A program made the position numbers and the translations under genes. Of a stretch of DNA of 64,000 bases, positions 10,706-20,234 are shown one piece after another. The notes beneath the pieces are model-generated. The model searched no databases. It was given only the letters and a program-made list of their open reading frames with translations, and had not been told where the DNA came from. How positions within the stretch are numbered: the stretch's first letter is position 1; each line of letters opens with the position of its first letter. The stretch covers positions 43,702 through 107,701 of the forward strand of contig CAWDWO010000035.1 in the NCBI GenBank assembly GCA_963806035.1, written 5' to 3'. This DNA comes from Candidatus Krumholzibacteriota bacterium (GTDB lineage: Bacteria; Krumholzibacteriota; Krumholzibacteriia; JAJRXK01).

Positions 10706-12797
10706 ACGCAACGATCGCCTCGCACAGCTCTTCTGGGGCCTGGCGATCGCGCTTCTGATCTTCTCCAGCATTTATGCGCTGATGGTTTGGCGCGCCCCGA
10801 ACTCCGACCGTTACGACTACGCGGGAAGGGCCTATCAATTCACCCAGGGGCACCAGCTCTCCACCCTCATCGTCTATCCCTTGAGGATGAGCTTCCCCGG
10901 CCATGAGACATGGCCGCCTTCGAACCTCACGCGCCCGCCTCTGTGGCCCGTGCTCTTGATTCCGGGGCTTCGCTTCGGGCTGGGAGCGCAGAGCGGAGTG
11001 ATCGTCTCCGCCTTCCTCACCGCGCTCCTCTTGTGGTTCTTCGGCGCGGCGCTGCGGCCCTTCGGCAAGCTGGCCGGCGGCTTCGCCGCGCTCGCCTTCA
11101 TGTCCTCCTTCACCACCTGGAGAATCGTCGCCGAAGCGGGACCCGAAATCGCGATGGGCTTGATCGTCCTCATCCTGTGGAACTTCAAGCCCAAGGGGAA
11201 AGGTGCCTGGGTCCATCTCGCGTGCGGATGTCTGTACGGGCTCTTGCCGCTGCTGCACCCGACGGGTTGGCTCATGGCCGCCGCGGCTTTTGTCGCGCGG
11301 CCGGGCCGTTACGAGCGGGCCGGCCTCCTCGTCCTCTTGGGCGGCGCCCTCACCGCCGGCCCCTGGTATCTGCACGTTTGGTTGACGACCGGCAACCCCC
11401 TGGGACTCATGCAGTCCTACGCCGAGCTGGCGCGCAATTTGGACGCGCCGGGCGGACTGGGCGCCTATCGCGGACTGGTCCCCATCCCCACTGCCCAAGT
11501 TCTCGCCGAGAGAGGCGCCGAAGTGGCCCGGCTGGGAGTTCATCATTTGAAGATGCACCTCTTGCAATTCAATCACTGGCTGAGCTGGCCTCTGGTGTTC
11601 CTGGCGCTGTGGGGAGCCAAGCAGCACATTCGTCTCGCTCTGTGGGATGCGTGTCTGGGGATCGCGGTCTTTTCGATCCTCTCCCCCTGGAGCGCCGAAT
11701 TTCGTCCTCTGCTCCCCCTGCTGCCCATCGCCTGCCTCTGGGTCGGACGCGGCATGGCGCGGCTCGCGCAGAGCTTTCAGCCGGCCGTCGTCCTCTGCGT
11801 GGGCCTGCTCGCGATCTTCGGCCCCTGGCTCGTGCCGCCTCAGGCCAGTGCCACTCTGTTCACCGACGCGCGCACCTGGCCGCTCACGGTGCGCCATCCG
11901 GGCCAGGAGATCGTGCGCGAGCTGAAAAATGCGGGAGAGCCGGGTTCGCCCTTCTTCTGCGACAGCTCGGTGCTCGCCTTCGAAGCGCGCCGCGCCTGTG
12001 TCTTCTTGCCCGAGACTCCGGAGATCCTGCGTCAGCTGCAGCAAAAGGAAGCCCTGCGCGGCGCGCGGATCATCGCTCTGGGCGAGGGAAGAGCCTCACG
12101 CTGGGCAACGGGACCGCAGTGGAGTGCTTTTCTGGACAGCTGCCGCGTCCTGGCGAACGAATTCGAAGGCGCGCTGATCTTGGAGACCCCCGTGCCGGGG
12201 GACAGCAGCCTGGTACCCGAGGAGCCGACCGCGCCCGAGGAGCTGCCGGCGCCCGAGCAGCCGCCCGCGCCCGCGGATTCCAGCTCCGTGCGCATCCGCG
12301 TGGACCAGACCCATCCCCTGCCCGCGGATTTCGTTCCTCCCGATCTTCTCGAGATTCCGGTGCCTCCCGCCTCGCGTCAGCACCTGCAACTGCGCCGCGA
12401 TGCCCTGGCCGCGCTGCTGCGCATGGTCGATGCGGCCAAGGAGGACGGTGTGCAGCTGCGCGTGGTCAGCGCGTACCGCTCCTACGCGCGCCAAAAAGTG
12501 CTCTACGAACGGGCCCAAAGCCGCTACGGAGAAGCGCAGCGTTGGGTGGCGGCTCCCGGCACCAGCGAACACCAACTCGGCACCACGGTCGACTTCGCCG
12601 ACGCCGCCCTGAAACATGCGGTCGACCCCTCCTTCGCGCAGACCGAGGAGGGACTCTGGCTGAAGTCCCACGCGCGGGACTTCGGCTTCGATCTGAGCTA
12701 TCCGCCCGCGACGGCCGAGAGCAAGGGCTACCATCCCGAAGCGTGGCACTACCGTTACCTGGCGAATCAGGGGCGCGAGAAGGAGCGCAGACCATGA
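10695..12797 (+). CDS. Polytopic GT-C/ArnT-like membrane protein fused to a C-terminal M15B (VanY-like) D,D-carboxypeptidase
   Basis: Many TM segments with RPPLWPVLL; Pro/Glu linker; SAYRSY..Q, PGTSEHQLG..VD, EAWHYRY. Confidence 0.75.
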   Translation: MTPERNDRLAQLFWGLAIALLIFSSIYALMVWRAPNSDRYDYAGRAYQFTQGHQLSTLIVYPLRMSFPGHETWPPSNLTRPPLWPVLLIPGLRFGLGAQSGVIVSAFLTALLLWFFGAALRPFGKLAGGFAALAFMSSFTTWRIVAEAGPEIAMGLIVLILWNFKPKGKGAWVHLACGCLYGLLPLLHPTGWLMAAAAFVARPGRYERAGLLVLLGGALTAGPWYLHVWLTTGNPLGLMQSYAELARNLDAPGGLGAYRGLVPIPTAQVLAERGAEVARLGVHHLKMHLLQFNHWLSWPLVFLALWGAKQHIRLALWDACLGIAVFSILSPWSAEFRPLLPLLPIACLWVGRGMARLAQSFQPAVVLCVGLLAIFGPWLVPPQASATLFTDARTWPLTVRHPGQEIVRELKNAGEPGSPFFCDSSVLAFEARRACVFLPETPEILRQLQQKEALRGARIIALGEGRASRWATGPQWSAFLDSCRVLANEFEGALILETPVPGDSSLVPEEPTAPEELPAPEQPPAPADSSSVRIRVDQTHPLPADFVPPDLLEIPVPPASRQHLQLRRDALAALLRMVDAAKEDGVQLRVVSAYRSYARQKVLYERAQSRYGEAQRWVAAPGTSEHQLGTTVDFADAALKHAVDPSFAQTEEGLWLKSHARDFGFDLSYPPATAESKGYHPEAWHYRYLANQGREKERRP
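12216..12269 (+). repeat. Three imperfect 18-bp tandem repeats encoding a PEEPTA/PEELPA/PEQPPA linker
   Basis: cccgaggagccgaccgcg / cccgaggagctgccggcg / cccgagcagccgcccgcg. Confidence 0.8.
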
Positions 12798-13648
12798 GCC
12801 GGCTGACCCTGTTCTTCGCTGTGGGACTGGGCCGGCGCTTCGTGCAGAAGGGGACGATGCCCTGGCTCAGCTCGGCGCTGGATCCGCGGCGCGTCGCTGA
12901 ATTGGTTCCGAGCTTTCCCTGCTTGCCCGAGGTGGTGATGTTCTCGGCCCTGTGCGGTCAGAGTCCGGCGCTGCACGGCCGCGTCCTCTCACAGGACACG
13001 GGGAATTCGCCGCTCGAAGCACCTTCGGTGGCGGAGTTCGCGCCACAGCTGCGGATGCGGATCGACGCGCGCTTGCTCGAAGCGGCTCGCGCCGAAGGAC
13101 TCGATTCCGCCTCCCGCTCACGCAAAGCTCGCGAGCTGGACGAGGAGCTCCACACACTCTTCGAGTCGCGGCAGGAGGGCGAAGTACTGCTTTTGGCCGG
13201 TGTCGCCGGCGCGCGGGCGGCAAGAGAGCGCATCGCGTGGGAAGAGCTTGCCTGCAGCGTCGAAGCTGAAGTGGAAGTCGAGAGTGCAGTCCTGCGCCTT
13301 CGCAGCGCGCAGGCCACACGGCGCGCGGAAATGCGCGAGGCACTGTTGCGCCTGCAGGGAGTGGAACGCGTGCTCCGTGACGAGGCACTCGCGGCCTTGC
13401 ACCTCCCCACGGAAAATGGGGAACTGCTCTTGGCTCTCGCGCGTGAGGGATTCAGTTTCGCAGAGGAGAGGGCTTCGGTGGGAAGCTACGAATGCCCGCC
13501 GGGGGAAGAGGGGGTTTTCGTGGGCTTGGGTTGCCGCGCCCAAACGAGTTGGCCCAGCAAACTCCACGCGCTGCGTCTCGCCCCCAGCGTGGCCGCCCAC
13601 CTGGGGCGCGCCACCGCGGGCTACGCGGACCGGCCCTTTGCCCTGTGA
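12794..13648 (+). CDS. Divergent alkaline-phosphatase/nucleotide-pyrophosphatase superfamily protein
   Basis: ATGA overlap after AGGAG; PSFPCLPEVVMFSALCGQSPALHG resembles the NPP motif PxFPxxT..xxTGxxPxxHG. Confidence 0.55.
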   Translation: MSRLTLFFAVGLGRRFVQKGTMPWLSSALDPRRVAELVPSFPCLPEVVMFSALCGQSPALHGRVLSQDTGNSPLEAPSVAEFAPQLRMRIDARLLEAARAEGLDSASRSRKARELDEELHTLFESRQEGEVLLLAGVAGARAARERIAWEELACSVEAEVEVESAVLRLRSAQATRRAEMREALLRLQGVERVLRDEALAALHLPTENGELLLALAREGFSFAEERASVGSYECPPGEEGVFVGLGCRAQTSWPSKLHALRLAPSVAAHLGRATAGYADRPFAL

Positions 13649-13737
13649 GGGTGCTTCGAGCATTCCCCCGCCACTTTTTCGGGGACGGTTTCTGAGCCTG
13701 CCAAGCACCTGCCAGTTTGGCAGTCCCGTTCAAGATC

Positions 13738-13766
13738 TTGCTAGTAAAGAAGTTGCTAAATAAGCT
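13738..13766 (+). promoter_or_regulatory. Putative sigma70-type promoter
   Basis: TTGCTA-17 bp-TAAGCT in an AT-rich patch; same pattern as upstream of ctpA. Confidence 0.4.
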
Positions 13767-13772
13767 GGCCTG

Positions 13773-14002
13773 CTCTCGCAAGCTCCCGCCGCAAGGCGAG
13801 TTCCACGATTTTCACTGCAGCTGGAGGAAAACCCCGATTTCTTCTAGCCAGCTCCGATCGGGTAAACTATGCTCTACTTTGCGGGCTGCCTCCTATTGGC
13901 CACTCGGTTCGGCTAACCACGTTTAAAATCCGGGACAGCCTTCGAGGCGGCTCGCACTAAAGATTGAAAAAGGCCCGGGACGAAAGTCCCGGGCCTTTTT
14001 TT
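13773..14002 (+). ncRNA. Candidate structured small RNA of unknown family
   Basis: Promoter-like element, several G-U-containing stems, strong terminator, located between convergent genes. Confidence 0.35.
13967..14002. terminator. Bidirectional intrinsic terminator
   Basis: aaaaaggcccgggac-gaaa-gtcccgggccttttttt: perfect inverted repeat with A and T tails between convergent genes. Confidence 0.9.
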
Positions 14003-14021
14003 CTGCGACGCGCGCAGACGC

Positions 14022-16181
14022 TCAGCTCTGCGGCTTCTCGAAGATCGAAGTATCGATCTTCGGGTTGACCTCGATGCTCTGTGTTTCCACGCTCATCAGC
14101 GGTTCGCCGCCGTGCGTGACGTCCACCTTCTGCGCGAAGAGAATTCCCCCGTAATCCTTCCAATCGCTGAAGGTCGATACCTGCAGGCCCATGGTCTGCG
14201 TGATCATGTGCTTGGCCATGTCCGCCTGCTCGATCGGCATGTGCGTGCTCGGATCGAAGTAGAGCTTGACCCACTTCTCGTCGCTCAGCCACACCAGCAC
14301 GACATCCGCCTTGGTATCACCCACCATTTCGGAGGGAAGCGCCTGGAGTTGGAAAGAGTCGAAGTGCCCCGTGAGATAGTGGACATCTTCGATGATTCCC
14401 TCCCTCTGCTTCGCGGCCTGCTCCTCCCCCATGTCCTGGATGCCCTGCGGACCCTTGGCCCACGCGCCGTCGGCGGATACCGCCTGCACCATGTTGCCCA
14501 TGGGCATGCTGATCTCCACCCTCGCGCTGTTGGGATAGAGCGTCCACGAATTCAGGCCGATGTTGATGCTCATTCCCTGCACGTTCAGATTGGCCTTGTC
14601 CTGGCGATGCAGGCTCGAGAGCTTGGCGAGCTTCTCGCCTCCGAGAGCTTTCATGGCCGCGGACATGATGGAGTGGCCCTTCTCGATCGACTCCGCCGTG
14701 GCCTCGGGGAACTCGGGTCCCTTCGGTTCGGGGATACTGATGTCCAGGTCCTCCACCGGCCCGAACTCGGTCAGATCGCCGTCCCATTCCGACTTCTTGC
14801 CCACCGCGACGATCGCGAAATCCTCCGGATGCACGCGGCGCTGCGCCACGTCCTGCACGTCCTTCGCGTTGACGGCGCGGATCTTGTCGGGATACTGCTG
14901 CAGGAAGTCGCTGGGGTAGCCCAGGAAATCGTAGGTCTGCAGACGGGTCAGGGTTTGGCTCTTGCGAACGAAGTTAAAGACATACGAATTGAGCATGGCT
15001 TCCTTGGCCTTGCTCAGTTCGTCCTGACTCACCTCGGATTCACGGATCTTGTCCACCTGGTTGAGCACCGCTCCCAGGGCCTTGTCCACCGTGGAGTTTT
15101 TGGTTCCGCAGTAGGTCATGAAGGTGCCCTTGTGCGCCATCCCCACTCCCGCGGAGCTCCCCACGGTATAGGCCAGGCCCAGGTTGCTGCGGACTTCGTT
15201 GAACAGCCGCGAGGAGAAACCTCCGCCCAGGATCCGGTTCATCACGATCATCGAATAGTAATCGGGATCGTCCATCTTCATGCCCACTTGCCCCGCCGCG
15301 AACCAACTCTGGGTCACATCGTCCTTGTTCGCGATCAGCACACGGCGTGTCTGCTCTTTGGGCGCCTTGGGCAGGGAGGGAATGGGATTGTCCACCCTCT
15401 TCCATCCGCTGAACTGGTCCTTCAGTTCCGCCAGCATCTCCTTCGAATCGAAGTCTCCCCACACCGCGAGCATCATGTTCTCGGGGTGATAGAAGTACTG
15501 GTAGAAGTCCACCAGGTCGTCGCGCGTGATGGCGTCGATGGTGGCGTACTCGGTATTGCGCGCGTAGGGGTGATCCGGGCCCCAGATCGCCTTGGGGATC
15601 TCACGGCGCAGGATCGACATGAGCTCGTCGTTGCGGCGCGCGATGGCCGCGCGCTGCGAGGTCTTGGCCAGATCGATCTTGGCGTCCTCGAAGGCGGGAT
15701 GCTGCAGAATGTCGCTCACCAGCTCCAGCCCGCGCTTGGCATCCTTGCGCAGGAAGGAGAAGTTCACGGTGCCGCGAGTATCATCCACGGAACTCTCGAT
15801 CGAAGCGCCCATGCCCGCGAGCAAGTCGTCCAGATCGTCGCCGCTCATGGTTTCGGTACCGCCGGTACGCAGCACCTCGCCTTCGATCTCGGCCAGACCG
15901 ACTTTCGCGGCCGGCTCGTACACCGAGCCGGTGCGAATCAGGACCCGGCCCTCGACCAGGGGCCAATCGTGATCTTCCATGAGGTAGATCACCATGCCGT
16001 TGTCCAGTTCGTACCGTTGGTAATCTTTGCCCAGCTCGGGAACTTTCACTTTCCCCAATTCGGGGTAATCAAAACTCTCCCATGGCCGACTGGCCGCGCT
16101 GGCGCTCGAAACGAGCAAAAGGGGAAAGAGGACGGCCACGGCAAGCGCGGCCGATAGGCTCCGGCTTACTCTAGCTCGCAT
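14022..16181 (-). CDS. Exported M16 peptidase, non-catalytic subunit, with extra C-terminal domain
   Basis: Signal peptide; LDNGM start of M16 fold; no HxxEH (GLAEIEGE); SRLFNEVR..GLAY; about 230-aa beta-rich extension. Confidence 0.85.
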   Translation of the reverse strand: MRARVSRSLSAALAVAVLFPLLLVSSASAASRPWESFDYPELGKVKVPELGKDYQRYELDNGMVIYLMEDHDWPLVEGRVLIRTGSVYEPAAKVGLAEIEGEVLRTGGTETMSGDDLDDLLAGMGASIESSVDDTRGTVNFSFLRKDAKRGLELVSDILQHPAFEDAKIDLAKTSQRAAIARRNDELMSILRREIPKAIWGPDHPYARNTEYATIDAITRDDLVDFYQYFYHPENMMLAVWGDFDSKEMLAELKDQFSGWKRVDNPIPSLPKAPKEQTRRVLIANKDDVTQSWFAAGQVGMKMDDPDYYSMIVMNRILGGGFSSRLFNEVRSNLGLAYTVGSSAGVGMAHKGTFMTYCGTKNSTVDKALGAVLNQVDKIRESEVSQDELSKAKEAMLNSYVFNFVRKSQTLTRLQTYDFLGYPSDFLQQYPDKIRAVNAKDVQDVAQRRVHPEDFAIVAVGKKSEWDGDLTEFGPVEDLDISIPEPKGPEFPEATAESIEKGHSIMSAAMKALGGEKLAKLSSLHRQDKANLNVQGMSINIGLNSWTLYPNSARVEISMPMGNMVQAVSADGAWAKGPQGIQDMGEEQAAKQREGIIEDVHYLTGHFDSFQLQALPSEMVGDTKADVVLVWLSDEKWVKLYFDPSTHMPIEQADMAKHMITQTMGLQVSTFSDWKDYGGILFAQKVDVTHGGEPLMSVETQSIEVNPKIDTSIFEKPQS

Positions 16182-17685
16182 CTTCGGCTCCCTTCTCCTC
16201 GGTCACGATGGTTCCGACGGTCAGATTCTTCTCGATCAGATAGGTCTTACACAGACGCTGGAGGTCGTCCAGGGTCACCGCGTCGACCTCGCTGGGATAG
16301 CTCAGGGCCTTCTGCCAGTCCCCCAGAATGACCTGGGCGCTGCACAGAGTCTGCGCCATGCCGGTGTCGGAACGCACCTGGCGGATCCAATTGGCCTTCA
16401 GGCGGGTCTTCGCTCCCTCGAGCTCTTCGGCGGTGATGTCGCCGGATTTCGCCTTGTCGAATTCCTTCAAAATGCTGCTCTCGCACTGGGCTGCGGTAAA
16501 GCCCTTGGCGGGCACGGCGAAAGTGAGAAAAAGCCCCGGGTAGAGCTGTCCGGGGAAGCCGGTGAAGGCGCCGACGCTCACCGCCGACTGCTCCTCCTTC
16601 ACGAGCTTCTTGTAGAGGCGGCTGCTGCGGCCGTTGGCCAGGACTTCGGTCAGGACGTCGAAGGCCGCATCGTCGGGACTCGAGGCCGCGGGCTTGTGAT
16701 AGCCCATGACCAGGAGCGGTTGACCCGGGTCCTTCAGGGTCACGGTACGCTCGGCGATTTGCGGGGGCTCGACGGTCCGGACCGGTTCGGGAACGGGAGC
16801 CGCTTTCCACGGACCAAAGTACTTCTTCGCGAGTGACTGTACTTCCTTGGGGTCGACGTCACCCACCAAACACATGACCACGTTGCCCGGCACGTAGTAC
16901 TTCGCGTGGAACTTGAGCGCGTCCTTGCGCGTGAAGGCCTCGAGATCGCTCATGTGTCCGACGGTGGGCTGCCCGTAGGGATGCGCCTTGTAGGCGGTGG
17001 TGATGAACTCCTCGAGCAAACGGCCAAAGGAACTGGACTCGGTGCGCATGCGGCGCTCTTCTTCCACCACGTCCCGTTCCTTGTAGAACTCGCGCAGGAC
17101 GGGATGGATGTAGCGCTGCGACTCGAGATAGGCCCACAGCTGCAGCTTGTTGCTGGGGAGATTGTAAAAATAGGTCGTCACGTCCGACGCGGTGGACGCG
17201 TTGAGACCGGTGCCTCCCGCCTGCTCGACGATGCTTCCGAATTCGTTCTTGACCACGTATTCATCCGCGGCTTCCTCGGCCTTCTGCATCGCCTCTTTGG
17301 CCTTGGCGATCTCTTCGTCGGAGGCGCCCTTCAACTTGGTCTGCCACCAAGCGGCCTGCGCCTCGTCCACGGCGTCGAGCGCCTTCTTCTCTTTGGAGTA
17401 GTCCTTGGTACCGATGACGTCGGTACCTTTGAATGCCATGTGTTCGAACATGTGCGCCAAGCCGGTGATGCCGGGAACTTCGTTCACCGATCCGACTTTG
17501 CACATGGAGACGTAGCTGAAAACGGGGGAATCGTGGCGCTCCACCACGATGAACTTCAGGCCGTTGTCCAGCGTGAATGTGCTGATATCCTTCTCCAGTT
17601 TGGCGATGTCCTGGGCCGGAGCCGCAATGGCACCGAACACGAGCATCGTCAAAAGAAGAAGCGAAGTCAGGAGTGCGCGTCGCAT
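16171..17685 (-). CDS. Exported M16 zinc peptidase, catalytic subunit
   Basis: Signal peptide MRRALL after GAGGAGG; GLAHMFEHMAFKGT (HxxEH), NAST, ERDVVEEERR, HPYG. Confidence 0.92.
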   Translation of the reverse strand: MRRALLTSLLLLTMLVFGAIAAPAQDIAKLEKDISTFTLDNGLKFIVVERHDSPVFSYVSMCKVGSVNEVPGITGLAHMFEHMAFKGTDVIGTKDYSKEKKALDAVDEAQAAWWQTKLKGASDEEIAKAKEAMQKAEEAADEYVVKNEFGSIVEQAGGTGLNASTASDVTTYFYNLPSNKLQLWAYLESQRYIHPVLREFYKERDVVEEERRMRTESSSFGRLLEEFITTAYKAHPYGQPTVGHMSDLEAFTRKDALKFHAKYYVPGNVVMCLVGDVDPKEVQSLAKKYFGPWKAAPVPEPVRTVEPPQIAERTVTLKDPGQPLLVMGYHKPAASSPDDAAFDVLTEVLANGRSSRLYKKLVKEEQSAVSVGAFTGFPGQLYPGLFLTFAVPAKGFTAAQCESSILKEFDKAKSGDITAEELEGAKTRLKANWIRQVRSDTGMAQTLCSAQVILGDWQKALSYPSEVDAVTLDDLQRLCKTYLIEKNLTVGTIVTEEKGAEDAS

Positions 17686-17824
17686 CTGCCCTCCTCTGGG
17701 TTGAATCGTTCGTGGGGTCGAAGAAAAAGTGGCGGCGCGAGCGCGAGATGCAAATCTCTCTCGCCGGTCGTGCCCGGAAGCAAAGTAGGGTACCAACGCA
17801 TCCCGCCGGTGGTCAAAGGTAGAA

Positions 17825-18427
17825 TCATGTTCGTTTGCCGGAGACGAAGGGGGAATCCGGGTAGAAGAAACGCAAGCGAAGCTGCCTTCCTTCCCGCACT
17901 CCGATGCGGCTGGAGCGGGCCACGCGCTTCGGCGTCTCAAAGGGCCAGATTCCCAGCTCATCCCGCGTGAGATCCAGGCCGTTGTGGCGCAAATCCAGGC
18001 CCAGGGCCTGACAGAGCTTGGCCGGACCGTTCGCGATCTCCACGCCCTTGCGTCCGCGCCGCGCTCCCATCAGTTCCGCGCCCTGAAGCGCTTCTCCGGC
18101 GCGCAGCAGAACCGCTCCCGCAACGCCCTTCTTCTCGGCCACCACGTTCGAGCAGTAGTGCATGCCGTAGGTGAAGTACACGTAGAGATGACCCGGAGTT
18201 GCAAACATCTGCTCGTTGCGCGCGGTTCTGCCGCGGAAGGCGTGGCTCGCGGGATCGTCGCCCACCCCCAGATAGGCCTCCACCTCGACGAGTTTGATGG
18301 CCAGAGTGAGGCCGCCGACGCGGAGAACCAGGGCGCAGCCCAGAAGATCGGGCGCGAGCTCCTCCGCGCTGCGCGCAAAGAAGCGCCGGCCCAATCGCCG
18401 GTACGCGGGAAACCCGCCGCGCCCCAT
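17825..18427 (-). CDS. mpg: 3-methyladenine DNA glycosylase (MPG/Aag family)
   Basis: FFARSA..LAPDLLG, VEVEAYLG..DPASH, YVYFTYGMHYC, AVLLRA, NGPAKLCQALG, RIGV. Confidence 0.93.
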   Translation of the reverse strand: MGRGGFPAYRRLGRRFFARSAEELAPDLLGCALVLRVGGLTLAIKLVEVEAYLGVGDDPASHAFRGRTARNEQMFATPGHLYVYFTYGMHYCSNVVAEKKGVAGAVLLRAGEALQGAELMGARRGRKGVEIANGPAKLCQALGLDLRHNGLDLTRDELGIWPFETPKRVARSSRIGVREGRQLRLRFFYPDSPFVSGKRT

Positions 18428-19272
18428 CAGTTGATCACGTACTCCTTGCGCCCGAAGATCAGTCCGCCGAGAAAAGTGAAGAGGGTCACCACCGCGAGAA
18501 GAATGAACAGAGAACCCCAGAGGGGAAGACTGTATTCCACCGAGAGCAGGCCCCGGACGAAATCCGTGAGCGAGGCCTGGACGTCTTGCCGGCTCACGAT
18601 GAGATTGCGCAGGTGCCATTCGAGGGTCCACATCTGCAGGCGCATCGGCGCCACGCTGACCGTACTCTCCCACGCGAAGATGTAGAGGATCCCCCAGATG
18701 AGCGGCCGCTTGAAGACGGTGCCCATGAACGCGAAGATGGCCGTGTAGCAGAAGACGGCCAAGAGGATCACCAGGAAGTAATTGGTGTAGACCTCGACGA
18801 AATCGAGATTGATGGCCTGGGAGTTCCCCACCACCATCAAGAGGAAGCAGACGGCCAAGGAGGCGGTCAGCACCAGAGCCGAGATACTCTGCACCGCGAG
18901 CAGGCGACCGGCGTACACCGCCCCGCGGGAGAGCGGGCGGGTGAAGAGATAGGTGATGGTCCTCCCCTCCACCTCGTCATGAATCGTGGGAACACCGAAG
19001 AAGAGACTCACCAGGTAGACCAGCGCCTTGAGGTAGACCAGACCTCCGATGTTGGCGAAAAACTCCGTGGGCGAGATCTGCTTGGTCCCGTACACGCGCC
19101 AGATGATCGTGAGCACGAGCGGAAAGACCACGGCCATCCCCAAAAAGACGAGTCGCTTACGCCGCACCAATTCCTTCACGGCGGCGTTGTACACCAGGCC
19201 GATGGTCAGAGAGGGTTCGAGCGTCACCGGCGGCTTGTCGGCGTAAGCTTGCTGGAGTTCTCTTGTGTTCAC
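18427..19272 (-). CDS. ABC-2 type transporter permease
   Basis: About six TM segments, DEVEGRTITYLFTRPLSR; GTGA overlap with upstream ATPase. Confidence 0.85.
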   Translation of the reverse strand: MNTRELQQAYADKPPVTLEPSLTIGLVYNAAVKELVRRKRLVFLGMAVVFPLVLTIIWRVYGTKQISPTEFFANIGGLVYLKALVYLVSLFFGVPTIHDEVEGRTITYLFTRPLSRGAVYAGRLLAVQSISALVLTASLAVCFLLMVVGNSQAINLDFVEVYTNYFLVILLAVFCYTAIFAFMGTVFKRPLIWGILYIFAWESTVSVAPMRLQMWTLEWHLRNLIVSRQDVQASLTDFVRGLLSVEYSLPLWGSLFILLAVVTLFTFLGGLIFGRKEYVIN

Positions 19273-20234
19273 CTGCCGTCCTCCACCAAGTACTCGAACA
19301 GACTCTTGAGATTGTCGTCCAGGGTGGTCCACGAACGGACCCCCATTTCCGGGCGCAACGCGAACTCGGGCAGCATCCGGTAGACTTCGCGCGGCAGATC
19401 CGACTCGAGCAGAAGAGAATGCTCCGAACTCACGCGCAGCCCCTGGACGTCCTTCAAGGTGATGAATTCCGTGGCCAGGGCCCGCGGCGATTCGCAGTGC
19501 ACCTCGATGCGGTGCGGATGGCGTTCGATCGCGTCGCGAATTTCCCCGATGTCCCCGTCCGCCAGGATCTGACCGCGGTGGATGAGCAGAATGCGCGAAG
19601 TCATCGCCTCGACCTCGTGCAGAATGTGGCTACTCACCATGACCGTCTTGCCCTCCGCCCCCAACTCCTTGATGAGATCCATGGATTCCTTGCGGCTCAC
19701 CGGATCCATTCCGTTAAAAGGCTCGTCGAGGAAGAGGATCTGTGGGTCGTGGGCGAGCGCCTGGGCGAGCTTGATCTTCTGACGCATGCCCTTGGAGTAG
19801 CCCTTCACGCGCCGGTCCGCCGCCTCCAAGAGGTGCGTGCGCTGCAACGCCCGCTGCGTCCGCTCGTTCGCTTCGTCCTTGGTGAAACCCTGCAGGCGAG
19901 TGAGATAGACCAGCATTTCGCGCCCGGTCATCGATTCGTAGAGCGCATCGGGTTCGGCCAAGAATCCGATGAGCCGGTAGAGCCCGCGGTGGTGCGCCAG
20001 ATCGTGGCCGCACACGCGGACCACTCCCGCGCTCGGCTTGAGTTGACCGGCCATGAGCTTGAAGAGAGTGCTCTTGCCCGCGCCGTTGAGTCCCAGGAGC
20101 CCGGTCACGCCCGGGCTCACGTCCACCGTGAGGTCGTTCACCCCGATGACCTGCCCGTACCAACGGGACAGGTTCTGTGTCTTCAACACCACCAGAGAAG
20201 TATCGGGCGGGGCTGTGGGTGGGGCCTGAATCAA
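19269..20234 (-). CDS. ABC transporter ATP-binding protein
   Basis: GLNGAGKST, YSKGMRQ, LFLDEP, SSH. Confidence 0.95.
   Translation of the reverse strand: MIQAPPTAPPDTSLVVLKTQNLSRWYGQVIGVNDLTVDVSPGVTGLLGLNGAGKSTLFKLMAGQLKPSAGVVRVCGHDLAHHRGLYRLIGFLAEPDALYESMTGREMLVYLTRLQGFTKDEANERTQRALQRTHLLEAADRRVKGYSKGMRQKIKLAQALAHDPQILFLDEPFNGMDPVSRKESMDLIKELGAEGKTVMVSSHILHEVEAMTSRILLIHRGQILADGDIGEIRDAIERHPHRIEVHCESPRALATEFITLKDVQGLRVSSEHSLLLESDLPREVYRMLPEFALRPEMGVRSWTTLDDNLKSLFEYLVEDGR

Noticed and set aside
10910..12793. N-terminal 628 aa of the 912-aa ORF 10910-13648
   Set aside because: Arg/Ala-rich off-frame read of the GT-C/VanY gene; the real start is the ATG at 12794
12300..12797. VanY as a vancomycin-resistance locus
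   Set aside because: No vanH/A/X or vanRS genes; M15B peptidases are widespread housekeeping enzymes
13869..13916. 15-aa hydrophobic micro-ORF MLYFAGCLLLATRFG (type I toxin-like)
   Set aside because: No ribosome-binding site at proper spacing and short enough to arise by chance; kept only as an alternative to the ncRNA idea
13881..13960. tRNA- or SRP-like fold
   Set aside because: No TTCGA T-loop in the right place, no CCA end and no SRP GGAAGG/AGCAG motif
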